Assembly: GCA_963695245.1 (NCBI GenBank)
Contig: OY968770.1
Span: forward strand, 1,559,198-1,623,197
Direction: 5' to 3'
DNA length: 64,000 bases
Origin: an uncultured Gammaproteobacteria bacterium
GTDB taxonomy: Bacteria; Pseudomonadota; Gammaproteobacteria; JBGSLN01
A program made the position numbers and the translations under genes. Shown piece after piece: positions 27,369 through 36,349 of this stretch (its first letter is position 1; each line of letters starts with the position of its first letter). Below the pieces are notes generated by a model that was given only the letters and a program-made list of their open reading frames with translations, was not told the origin of the DNA and made no database searches.

Positions 27369-30300
27369 ATGAACGCACTTACATTGACTTTTACAACAGC
27401 TAAAAAAAGCACTGCCCGATATGATCTTGCTAAACCTTCTGAGTACACCAAAGCAAAGCGTTTCATAACTATAAAAATTAGTCGCGGATCTATCGCTGAT
27501 TTAGAATCCTTAAGAGATCAACTTACGGCTTTTAATAGCAAAGAACATTCTGTAACAACTGAATTAGCTCGAATATCAGCAGAGCTTGCTGAACGAGAAA
27601 AAAGTGGTTCTATTATCATCAAAACAAAATATCAATCTTATGATATAAACAAACTAGAACGACATAAGTTACTAAAATCAGCAATAAAACGTTATGGTAA
27701 GCAAAAAAAGTTTGTAGAGATTAAGACTTTGCTCAAAACCGTCAATAAGAAATTAAAAGATCAACCAAGTCATAAAAGATTGTGTGAGTTGCAGTCACTG
27801 TTACAAAATTTAACTGGCCTTGAACAAGAGCAGGAGTACATACCTTACACCACCTTGTTGCAACAAGAGTTTTTGCCTGCTAAAAAAACTATAAAGAAAA
27901 TAGCTGACTTTGATGCAGATTTTACACCCTCTGAATACTTAGAAGCCTCTGTTACTGCCGAAACTGAAACAGGACAAGATGACATTGATGCTCTTTCAGC
28001 CTGCTTTTGGCTGGATTTTGCCAAAAACACGGGCTTTCTTGCCGGTGAATTTGATCGCCATCATGTCATTCTTTATTTAGTGCTTGTGCAAGGATTTTTT
28101 TCTCATTGCGCCAGTTATTATCCTGAGCAAGGTTATGGCAAGTCACCTAAGGCAGAATGTGAAGATCCATTATTTTATGCTCGTTCACAAGCAAAACATC
28201 ATGCTATTGCTGGTTATAAAAAAGCTCAAGAGGACAGTGTAAATTATGGCAAACAAAATAGAGCGTACTTACAAATGGTTAAAAGCTGTAAAGCATTGAT
28301 GAATAGTGATACTCAAGCATTAGCTGCTAGGGTCAATGTAGATGGTAGTTTAACAGAAAGAGTATCAGGACAACGCCTTGGTGAAATCCTTGCACATTTG
28401 GGTAGTAGAGCAAGTAATGCGACTTTATTTTATGGGTTATTAGAGCGTGCATATGATGGCTCACTGTTGGATGACTTTGAACGTTTAAAACATTACATTC
28501 CAGATAAGGGCAAAAAGCGGTTCTTTAATAAAGTCCGTCTTGGAAAGCGTCTTCTTAGCCTTCGCGAATCTTTTAATGCGTTTAAAATGAGTGATGTGCT
28601 TGTGCTATACCCCAATATTATGGGCGATATTATGGCTTCGCGCTACGCTGCAGCCCAATCTATTAAAACTCAATGCGAAGTTAACACTTTAGAGAATGTT
28701 GCCATTGATGTTCCTGAGAACAGTGGTTTTTTCTACATTCGTTGTTATCCAAACTTTACTGATACTGTTCGAAAAGAATCCAGTAATTTTAATGAAGGCT
28801 TAACTAACGTCATTCTTGGCTTTTTTGGAGCTTTAGTTAATTATTATGCTATGGAAGCAGGTCTTCATTATCGTCTGGCTCGGCGCCAAAGTTTTGGATT
28901 TTTGCGCGCAAGCATAACCGATACAGGTTCTTTAAGATTAAGAGTTTCTTTGGACGCGGATTCAAATGCATTCGCAGGAATTTATGTTCAAGCCTTAACT
29001 CAGCTCAATATTCTTTTGAAAAAATTTGACTTTACTAACCCTGAGTCAATCACAGATCCTAATATAAAATCCACTGTAAAAAACTGTTTAAAACCTTGTG
29101 AAGATTCAAAAGGCAGGAGAGTTACGCAAAATACAGGTGACCATTTAAGGGCGGCAATGCGTTGTGAAGATGATCAATGGATAGCTTTATTGGTTGGTGA
29201 AAAATATCTAAAAAGACAGGAAGGGTCACAGGATGCTGACGCTATAGCTACTGCTGCTTATAAAGCCTATTTAGATGAGTTTATCTATCAACGCGCTAAA
29301 CGGAAAAAAGTTTCTGATGGTGAACACAAAGACATTCCTCGGGATGGTTATTCCGTTGCTAATCCTGCCAAAGTTAAACTGGAAATACCGTCTACTGATG
29401 ACCCCAATAATATTGTTGCGTCTCACCCCATATTAAAACTACTTAACAATATGGTTGTAACCACTGTGGCATACATCAGATCATTACCCAAACTCGACGT
29501 TTCTGAATCAATCTATTTTATTCTTTGGAAATTATTAAGAAACTGTCAGAAAGGCCAAGCCATTCTTAATAACACTCACCGATATGAAATCTCCCATATT
29601 TTAGCAAAAGCAATGGGTGTCGTTGAAACTATTCAAGAGTATTTATTGCCATTAAAAGTTTTGGCAAAAGATGTTTCAACGGCAAAAGATGATTTAATAA
29701 ACATCGACAAAGCTCGCTTTGCCCCTTTAGTCGAAGATTCAAAAGACGCCATAGAGATTTTTTATAACGATGGTGGATTACAATCCATTAATACTGGTTT
29801 ATTAGCTATGGGATTTGAAGGTATAAAAACAGTGCATCTATTTAATGATTGTTATTACGAAATCGAAAAATTTTGTCATGAAAATGGTATAAAAACAACG
29901 AAAAAACCTAACGCAGATCATTGGTTATGTGATATCACCCAAATATCGGCATTGAATATAGCATTAATGGCTGCACTTAATGGCTCTAACCCTGAGAATG
30001 CCAAGCCGAAAGCCATTTTGATTGATATCACCAATAACAGTACAAAAGCTGCCATAGAAAAATTAAAGCCCTTAGTTGAAACCGCTCAGCAAAATAACAT
30101 TTATGTTATCTTGAGTTGCAGCATTTTAAAGCATGAGCAATTAGGACAAGATAAATACCAAAGTGGCCGTAATGTTATCATTAAACCTCCCGAAAAATCT
30201 CTGAAGTCTCGGACAACCCTCAAACATCTTAATGCTATTTCAGAAGAAGCGATGAATGATCTGTTTTCTGCCTGTCGGCAAATTACTGAAACAGTATCCT

Positions 30301-30428
30301 ATCGAGTAGAACATGCAGAAGCACTTAAGGCTCATGGTTTATTTAAACGATCAAAAACACAACCAATGGTTCAAGCTAAAAGTCATTTAAGGAACAGCGC
30401 TGACACACCACCAAAGCTCTTAATATAA
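27369..30428 (+). CDS. 1019-aa hypothetical effector-like protein with possible PLP-dependent transferase-like segments
   Basis: Long uninterrupted ORF with RBS GGAG; motifs DGGLQSI, CYYEIE, ILIDITN, SILKHEQLGQDKYQSG; function inferred. Confidence 0.6.
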   Translation: MNALTLTFTTAKKSTARYDLAKPSEYTKAKRFITIKISRGSIADLESLRDQLTAFNSKEHSVTTELARISAELAEREKSGSIIIKTKYQSYDINKLERHKLLKSAIKRYGKQKKFVEIKTLLKTVNKKLKDQPSHKRLCELQSLLQNLTGLEQEQEYIPYTTLLQQEFLPAKKTIKKIADFDADFTPSEYLEASVTAETETGQDDIDALSACFWLDFAKNTGFLAGEFDRHHVILYLVLVQGFFSHCASYYPEQGYGKSPKAECEDPLFYARSQAKHHAIAGYKKAQEDSVNYGKQNRAYLQMVKSCKALMNSDTQALAARVNVDGSLTERVSGQRLGEILAHLGSRASNATLFYGLLERAYDGSLLDDFERLKHYIPDKGKKRFFNKVRLGKRLLSLRESFNAFKMSDVLVLYPNIMGDIMASRYAAAQSIKTQCEVNTLENVAIDVPENSGFFYIRCYPNFTDTVRKESSNFNEGLTNVILGFFGALVNYYAMEAGLHYRLARRQSFGFLRASITDTGSLRLRVSLDADSNAFAGIYVQALTQLNILLKKFDFTNPESITDPNIKSTVKNCLKPCEDSKGRRVTQNTGDHLRAAMRCEDDQWIALLVGEKYLKRQEGSQDADAIATAAYKAYLDEFIYQRAKRKKVSDGEHKDIPRDGYSVANPAKVKLEIPSTDDPNNIVASHPILKLLNNMVVTTVAYIRSLPKLDVSESIYFILWKLLRNCQKGQAILNNTHRYEISHILAKAMGVVETIQEYLLPLKVLAKDVSTAKDDLINIDKARFAPLVEDSKDAIEIFYNDGGLQSINTGLLAMGFEGIKTVHLFNDCYYEIEKFCHENGIKTTKKPNADHWLCDITQISALNIALMAALNGSNPENAKPKAILIDITNNSTKAAIEKLKPLVETAQQNNIYVILSCSILKHEQLGQDKYQSGRNVIIKPPEKSLKSRTTLKHLNAISEEAMNDLFSACRQITETVSYRVEHAEALKAHGLFKRSKTQPMVQAKSHLRNSADTPPKLLI

Positions 30429-30467
30429 ATCAATGAGTTAGAGCATTAAAGTGACCCCATTGTCTAG

Positions 30468-30704
30468 ACCGCTGATGATAAATTTAGACAGGAACATCAC
30501 AACTTTTTAAAGCTCTTTTTCAATGAGGACAAACTTTTAGCCTGTGGCCGACAAACTTCAAATGCTGGTGGGGTGATTATCGCCAAAACCGAAACAAGGC
30601 AAGTCTTTGAAGTCATTCTAAATACAGATCCTTTTGTGAGAGAAAGGCTGGCTCAGTACGAAATCTATGAGTTTATGCTTTTTTTTCGAATTTATAGTAA
30701 ATGA
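30468..30704 (+). pseudogene. 5'-truncated YciI-family gene
   Basis: DKFRQEHHNFL...ACGRQ...GGVIIA...DPFVRE...YEIYEF; no start codon, in-frame TAG at 30465. Confidence 0.7.
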
Positions 30705-30916
30705 GATATATTCCACTGACATAACAAAAATATAAATATCCAGGCACAATCAGTGTAGATTCAACACAATTTAACGAATTCCCCCCACAAAACCCCACAC
30801 TTTCAAAAATTTCTTTATAAAAGCACCCTTTTTTTGAATTTTTAATCATTAAAGCACTTATTATTTATTTTTGTTCAAAAGACAAACAAAGGAAGGTGGT
30901 TATAAAAATTTATATA

Positions 30917-30978
30917 AATCAAGTGTTTATACAGATTTTCAAAAAGTTATACACATCAAAATAGTAACTTGTGGATAA
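30917..30978. promoter_or_regulatory. IHF site plus two inverted DnaA boxes upstream of the dcw promoter
   Basis: AATCAAGTGTTTA (WATCAANNNNTTR) 30917-30929; TTATACACA 30947-30955; TGTGGATAA 30970-30978. Confidence 0.6.
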
Positions 30979-31030
30979 AAGTGGGAATAAGTGAAAAAAA
31001 GTGGTGTTTTTTCCCAGAAATGTGTATACT
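30971..31030 (+). promoter_or_regulatory. MraZ-binding repeats and dcw promoter
   Basis: GTGGA-TAAAA-GTGGG-AATAA-GTGAA-AAAAA-GTGGT (10-bp period), then extended -10 TGTGTATACT. Confidence 0.75.
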
Positions 31031-31237
31031 GAGTTCTACCAGGTGGGAATTCCTGGGTTGCTAACGACAAACAGTACAGATTTTAGAGTGATGATTTCCC
31101 TCAGACCCCAATCCCCACTCATTGCTTTAAAAATTAGTACTGCGAAGTTGTGGTTTAAGACGTACTTGAATAGCGCAGCATTTATTGCTGCGCACTTTCT
31201 AACAAAGTGCAGCAGTAATTCTGCAAAAGTTTAACGT

Positions 31238-31308
31238 TCTTCTGACCTGTAAGTTTTACTAGAGGGGGCAATTTTTAGTGATACTTCGCAGGGCAGAAGA
31301 CTTTTTTT
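31238..31308 (+). terminator. Long hairpin plus U-tract inside the mraZ leader
   Basis: TCTTCTG-A-CCTGT-AAGT...ACTAGAG / TTTTAGT...ACTT-C-GCAGG-G-CAGAAGA followed by CTTTTTTT. Confidence 0.55.
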
Positions 31309-31359
31309 CTTCAGCCTGGACAGGGCGTTCGGGCATAATTTAGCTAAGTTTATATTCTT

Positions 31360-31821
31360 ATGTTTCGAGGCATTACCGGTATCAACATTGATGCAAAAGG
31401 TCGGATGGCGATTCCCAAGCGCTATCGTGACGTTTTGGCAAAATCAGTGGATAGCAACCATCAGGTTGTGGTTACCATTGATACGGAATCCCCTTGCCTG
31501 TTACTTTATCCTGCCCTTGAATGGGACATCATTGAAAATAAATTACAAGGCTTACCCAGCTTTAATCCGGCAACCCGTCGTATTCAACGTTTATTGATTG
31601 GTCATGCAACGGAGCTTGAAATTGATGGCAATGGACGGTTACTGATTCCGCCAGTTTTAAGGGATTATGCCAGTTTAAACAAAAAACTAATGCTGGTAGG
31701 GCAGGGTAAAAAATTTGAAATCTGGGATGAGGAAACTTGGAATAACATGCGAGAACAATGGCTGGCAGAAACCACTTCAACACAAGCACTGCCTGAAGAC
31801 TTACAGGATTTATCATTATAA
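31360..31821 (+). CDS. mraZ: Division/cell wall cluster regulator MraZ
   Basis: MFRG...IDAKGRMAIP...DGNGRLLIP. Confidence 0.97.
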   Translation: MFRGITGINIDAKGRMAIPKRYRDVLAKSVDSNHQVVVTIDTESPCLLLYPALEWDIIENKLQGLPSFNPATRRIQRLLIGHATELEIDGNGRLLIPPVLRDYASLNKKLMLVGQGKKFEIWDEETWNNMREQWLAETTSTQALPEDLQDLSL

Positions 31822-31824
31822 ACC

Positions 31825-32754
31825 ATGCACAAACCCGTTTTATTTGAACAGACTCTGAATGCCTGGTTAACGGATACTAAAGGTATTTACATCGATGGCA
31901 CTTTCGGTAGAGGTGGGCATGCAAAAGGCCTGTTAGATAAGTTGTGTGAAGAAGGCAGATTGATTGGCATTGATAAAGACTTAACAGCTATTAATTATGG
32001 TAAACAAGTCATAAAAGATCCCCGTTTACAACTTGTACACGGTGGGTTTGCTGAGATTGCAGCCATTGCAAACAAATTTGAGATATATGGCAAAGTGAGC
32101 GGTATTTTACTGGATATTGGTGTGTCTTCACCTCAATTAGATGAAGCTCAAAGAGGATTTAGCTTTTTAAAAGCGGGACCTTTGGATATGCGCATGGATC
32201 AGACACAGACTTTGGACGCACAGCAATGGGTGAATGAAGCGCCCTTAGATGAAATGATTAAAGTCTTCAAAGAATATGGAGAGGAGCGATTTGCTGGAAG
32301 AATTGCCAAAGCCATAGTACAGCATCGGCAGGAAAAACCCATTACTCAAACCTTACAGTTAGCTGAAATTGTCAAACAGGCAAATCCCAAATGGGAAAAG
32401 AACAAACACCCTGCTACTCGGGTGTTTCAGGCAATTCGCATTCGTGTGAATGACGAGCTTGAAACTTTAAAAAGTGCTTTAGCCCAATGTGTGGACATTT
32501 TAAAACCTGGAGGAAGGCTATTAGTCATTAGTTTTCACTCTTTAGAAGACAGAATAGTAAAACAATTTTTTAAAAAGCTCACGAGCGCACCACCTATACC
32601 AAAGGGTTTACCTAAAGGTTTGCCGATACCAGCGGCGCTTGAACCAATTAAATATAAGCTTTGTATCAAAGCTATCAAAGCAAGCGATGAGGAAATAAAA
32701 GAAAACCCCCGAGCAAGAAGTGCAGTGCTAAGAGGGCTGGAGAAATTATCATGA
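31825..32754 (+). CDS. rsmH: 16S rRNA C1402 methyltransferase
   Basis: DGTFGRGGH, DIGVSSPQLD, PLDMRMD, ISFHSLEDR, NPRARSA. Confidence 0.97.
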   Translation: MHKPVLFEQTLNAWLTDTKGIYIDGTFGRGGHAKGLLDKLCEEGRLIGIDKDLTAINYGKQVIKDPRLQLVHGGFAEIAAIANKFEIYGKVSGILLDIGVSSPQLDEAQRGFSFLKAGPLDMRMDQTQTLDAQQWVNEAPLDEMIKVFKEYGEERFAGRIAKAIVQHRQEKPITQTLQLAEIVKQANPKWEKNKHPATRVFQAIRIRVNDELETLKSALAQCVDILKPGGRLLVISFHSLEDRIVKQFFKKLTSAPPIPKGLPKGLPIPAALEPIKYKLCIKAIKASDEEIKENPRARSAVLRGLEKLS

Positions 32755-33107
32755 ATACCATTGTAAGAAGTCTGCCTAATTACTGGGGACAAATAGAATT
32801 ATCTGCATCGCCCTTCGTGAATCTAAAAGATACACTTAAGTCACCGCTTTTGTGGCTGAGTGCTGTGCTTGTAATCGCAGTATTCTTCTCGGCATTAGCT
32901 GTGGTTGTAAATCAGCAAGATAATCGACACTTATTTAATCAGCTGACAAGCCTGCAAAAAAGCAGAAATAGTATGTATGTGAAATGGGGCCAATTGCTGT
33001 TGGAAGAAAGCACTTGGTCAACACAATCGCGTATTCAGAGGATAGCCACTGAAAATTTAGATATGGTGGTGCCAAAACAAAAAAATATTGTTATAGTGCA
33101 ACAATAA
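32751..33107 (+). CDS. ftsL: Cell division protein FtsL
   Basis: TM helix, WGQLLLEESTWS...RIQRIA; dcw position. Confidence 0.92.
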   Translation: MNTIVRSLPNYWGQIELSASPFVNLKDTLKSPLLWLSAVLVIAVFFSALAVVVNQQDNRHLFNQLTSLQKSRNSMYVKWGQLLLEESTWSTQSRIQRIATENLDMVVPKQKNIVIVQQ

Positions 33108-33129
33108 TTTTTGGTTCACATCCTTAGGT

Positions 33130-34884
33130 ATGACACATCCCTGGCGTTACTGGTTAATTGTTGCTCTGTTAGTGATCGCCGTAACAGGAATCATCGCTCG
33201 AATTGTAGATCTGATGGTTGTACAGCGCAAATTCTTACTAAGCCAGGGAGATTCCCGCAGTTTAAGAATGATTAAAATTCCTGCTTACCGAGGTATGATT
33301 ACTGATAGAAATGGTAAGCCATTGGCGGTCAGTGTCCCTGTGGATAACATCTGGATTGATCCGCAGAAATTTTCCCCTGAGGATAGCAATCTTCACAAAC
33401 TTGCAGAAACTCTAAATGAACCTCTTTTCAAGATCCGTAAAGTTTATCGCAACAATGAAAAAAGAGAATTTGCCTACTTAAAAAGAGAAGTCACACCCTA
33501 TATTGGATTAAGCGTGAAAACCTTAAAAATTCCAGGGGTTTATGTGAGCCGACAATTCAAGCGTTATTATCCCGATGGCGAAGTGGCCGCACAATTAGTA
33601 GGATTTACCAATATTGATGATAAAGGTCAGGCAGGTATTGAGCTTGAATATAATAAATGGTTACAAGGGGTTCCTGGAGAAAAAGAAGTACTTGTTAATC
33701 GCATGGGAAAAGTTGTAGCCAGTGTACAATTAATCAAGGCAGCAAGACCTGGCCATAATCTGGCATTAAGCATTAACAGTCAAATCCAATACATCGCCTA
33801 TCGTGCCTTAAAAGAGGCGGTGAAACGCCATCAGGCAGATTCAGGTTCGGTTGTGGTGATGGACGCTAAAACTGGTGAAGTATTGGCCATGGCGGATTAT
33901 CCATCTTTTAATCCGAATAACCGTCCTAAAATACAGGATGGCAGATTTCGTAATCGAGCAGTCACGGATATTACCGAACCGGGTTCAACCATCAAAGCCT
34001 TTACTGTGGCCAATGCGCTTGCCAGTGGTAAATACACACCCACTACACCGATTAACACGGCTCCTGGCTGGATGCTGGTAGATGGAAAAACGGTGCGCGA
34101 TGATGCAGACTATGGATTATTGGATGTAACTGGTGTGCTACAAAAGTCCAGTAATGTAGGGGCATCAAAAATGACCTTGAGTCTACCACCTGTCTCCTTG
34201 TATGATTTATTAAAAAAAGTCGGTTTTGGAACCTTAACTGCTTCCGGTTTCCCTGGTGCCAGTCCAGGATTTTTGCCTTTAAGAGCCATTGAAAACCCGT
34301 TTGATCTGGCTACACTGTCCTTTGGCTATGGTATCGCAGTAACCAATTTGCAACTGGCCCATGCTTACACAGTGTTGGCAGATGACGGATTAAAAAATCC
34401 TGTTTCTTTGCTGAGATTAAACCAGGCGCCAGTACCACAGCGTGTCATCAGTAAAAAGATTGCCAACGAAGTATTGGTCATGTTGGAGTCCGTCATTGAA
34501 AAAGGAGGCACCGCCACTCGTGCGGAAGTGCCAGGTTATCGTGTCAGTGGTAAAACAGGTACGGTGAGAATGGTGGGAGCCCATGGCTATGAACCGCATC
34601 ATCACACGGCTATTTTTGTTGGTGTGGCGCCTGTGAGTAATCCGCAACTGGTGATTTCCGTGATTGTAAAAAATCCAGAGCGCGGCGGTTATTTTGGTGG
34701 ACTGGTGTCAGCCCCTATTTTTGCTAAAGTAATGGGAGTGTCTTTAAGAATTTTAGATATTCCACCGGATAAACCTGGAGTTTTGCAAAATGACTTGCTA
34801 AAGAAGTATTTAGATGCGGGTGCTAAACTTATAAAAAACAATAAAATAAATAATAGGCAATACAGTGAAAAAAAAGCTAAGTGA
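33130..34884 (+). CDS. ftsI: Penicillin-binding protein 3
   Basis: RGMITDRNG, EPGSTIK, KSSN, GKTGT. Confidence 0.96.
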   Translation: MTHPWRYWLIVALLVIAVTGIIARIVDLMVVQRKFLLSQGDSRSLRMIKIPAYRGMITDRNGKPLAVSVPVDNIWIDPQKFSPEDSNLHKLAETLNEPLFKIRKVYRNNEKREFAYLKREVTPYIGLSVKTLKIPGVYVSRQFKRYYPDGEVAAQLVGFTNIDDKGQAGIELEYNKWLQGVPGEKEVLVNRMGKVVASVQLIKAARPGHNLALSINSQIQYIAYRALKEAVKRHQADSGSVVVMDAKTGEVLAMADYPSFNPNNRPKIQDGRFRNRAVTDITEPGSTIKAFTVANALASGKYTPTTPINTAPGWMLVDGKTVRDDADYGLLDVTGVLQKSSNVGASKMTLSLPPVSLYDLLKKVGFGTLTASGFPGASPGFLPLRAIENPFDLATLSFGYGIAVTNLQLAHAYTVLADDGLKNPVSLLRLNQAPVPQRVISKKIANEVLVMLESVIEKGGTATRAEVPGYRVSGKTGTVRMVGAHGYEPHHHTAIFVGVAPVSNPQLVISVIVKNPERGGYFGGLVSAPIFAKVMGVSLRILDIPPDKPGVLQNDLLKKYLDAGAKLIKNNKINNRQYSEKKAK

Positions 34885-36349
34885 AATTCTACCTGATCCA
34901 CAGATAATAAAAGTTAAGCATAATATTGAAGTCAGTGGATTGAATCTCGATAGTCGAAAAGTGTGTGAAGGAGATATCTTTATCGCCTGCCATGGCTATG
35001 AAGCTAATGGCAACGATTATATCATAGATGCTTTGAATCAAGGCGCAAGTGCTATTTTATCAGATGATGAAAGCATTATACAAAGAGGCATTGATACAGA
35101 TAAGCCCGTTATTTATGTAGAAAATTTAAAACAAAAAATCAGCATAATAGCAGCAAATTTTTACGATCATCCTTCAAAAAAGATTAAAGTTATTGGCGTG
35201 ACGGGTACCAATGGTAAAACCTCTTGCTGTCATTTTTTGGCACAGTGCCTGACAAATCTTGGGGCAAAAGTAGGCATTTTAGGCACTTTAGGAGAAGGCA
35301 TTTATGGTGCCCATCATCCATCTTTGTTAACCACAGCAGATCCTATAAAAATTCAACAAAAATTGGCAGAATTTGTAGAGGCCAGAGCGCAATTTGCTGT
35401 AATGGAAGTGTCCTCTCATGGTCTTGCTCAAAACCGCGTCAACGCCATTCGGTTTGATACTGCGGTTTTTACCAACTTATCAAGAGATCATTTAGATTAT
35501 CATGGGGATATGGTGGCCTATGCCAATACCAAGAAAAAACTGTTTCAGTTTGAAAATCTGAAAAATTGCGTGATTAATTCCGATGATGACTTTGGACGAG
35601 CCTGGCTGGAAGAGCTTTATACCGATAAAAACTGCTATGCTTATTCTTTAAATGGTCATGAGCTTGAGGTAAAAGTTCCAACCACTAAAGCCTTTCACTT
35701 GCACCAAAACATCAGTGGTTTAACTGCCAGTATTCATTCACCCTGGGGTGATGGTGTGGTACATGCTAACTTAATAGGCGGTTTTAATTTAAATAATATT
35801 CTGGCGGTCTTATCAGTACTGTGTATTTATGATTTTAATTTCAATGAAATACTGGCAGAAATTCCTAAAATAAAAGGCGTACCTGGACGTATGCATTTAG
35901 TGGGTGGAGATAACAAACCTCATGTTATCATTGACTTTGCTCACACCCCAGACGCTTTAAAGCAAGTATTACAAGCACTTAAAGGCTTAATTGAAGGCGA
36001 AATCTGGTGCGTATTTGGCTGCGGTGGCAACCGCGATCAGGGAAAACGGGCGCAAATGGGACAAATAGCAGAAACCTTTGCCGATCACATCATTTTGACC
36101 GATGATAATCCAAGACATGAAGCGCCGCAGGATATTGTTCAGGATATTTTGCAAAATATTTTAGAGCCAGAAAGGGTTGTTATTGAACATGATCGTCGGC
36201 GTGCTATTGCACACGCTTTAAATTGCGCTAAAATCGGTGATGTGGTGTTGGTGGCAGGTAAAGGTCATGAAAATTATCAAATTTATGGTGAAAGTACTTT
36301 ACCCTTCAGCGATGAGATGGAAGTACAAATTTTACTGACGGAGAAATAA
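34865..36349 (+). CDS. murE: UDP-MurNAc-tripeptide synthetase
   Basis: GVTGTNGKT, MEVSSH, DFAHTPD, DNPR, GKGHE. Confidence 0.96.
   Translation: MKKKLSEILPDPQIIKVKHNIEVSGLNLDSRKVCEGDIFIACHGYEANGNDYIIDALNQGASAILSDDESIIQRGIDTDKPVIYVENLKQKISIIAANFYDHPSKKIKVIGVTGTNGKTSCCHFLAQCLTNLGAKVGILGTLGEGIYGAHHPSLLTTADPIKIQQKLAEFVEARAQFAVMEVSSHGLAQNRVNAIRFDTAVFTNLSRDHLDYHGDMVAYANTKKKLFQFENLKNCVINSDDDFGRAWLEELYTDKNCYAYSLNGHELEVKVPTTKAFHLHQNISGLTASIHSPWGDGVVHANLIGGFNLNNILAVLSVLCIYDFNFNEILAEIPKIKGVPGRMHLVGGDNKPHVIIDFAHTPDALKQVLQALKGLIEGEIWCVFGCGGNRDQGKRAQMGQIAETFADHIILTDDNPRHEAPQDIVQDILQNILEPERVVIEHDRRRAIAHALNCAKIGDVVLVAGKGHENYQIYGESTLPFSDEMEVQILLTEK

Noticed and set aside
30780-31030. oriC
   Set aside because: Only two or three DnaA boxes, no clear unwinding repeats, and no dnaA or gidA context; kept as a regulatory site
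31001-31234. 77-aa ORF as a leader peptide
   Set aside because: Its GTG start lies within the MraZ boxes upstream of the predicted -10, with no RBS
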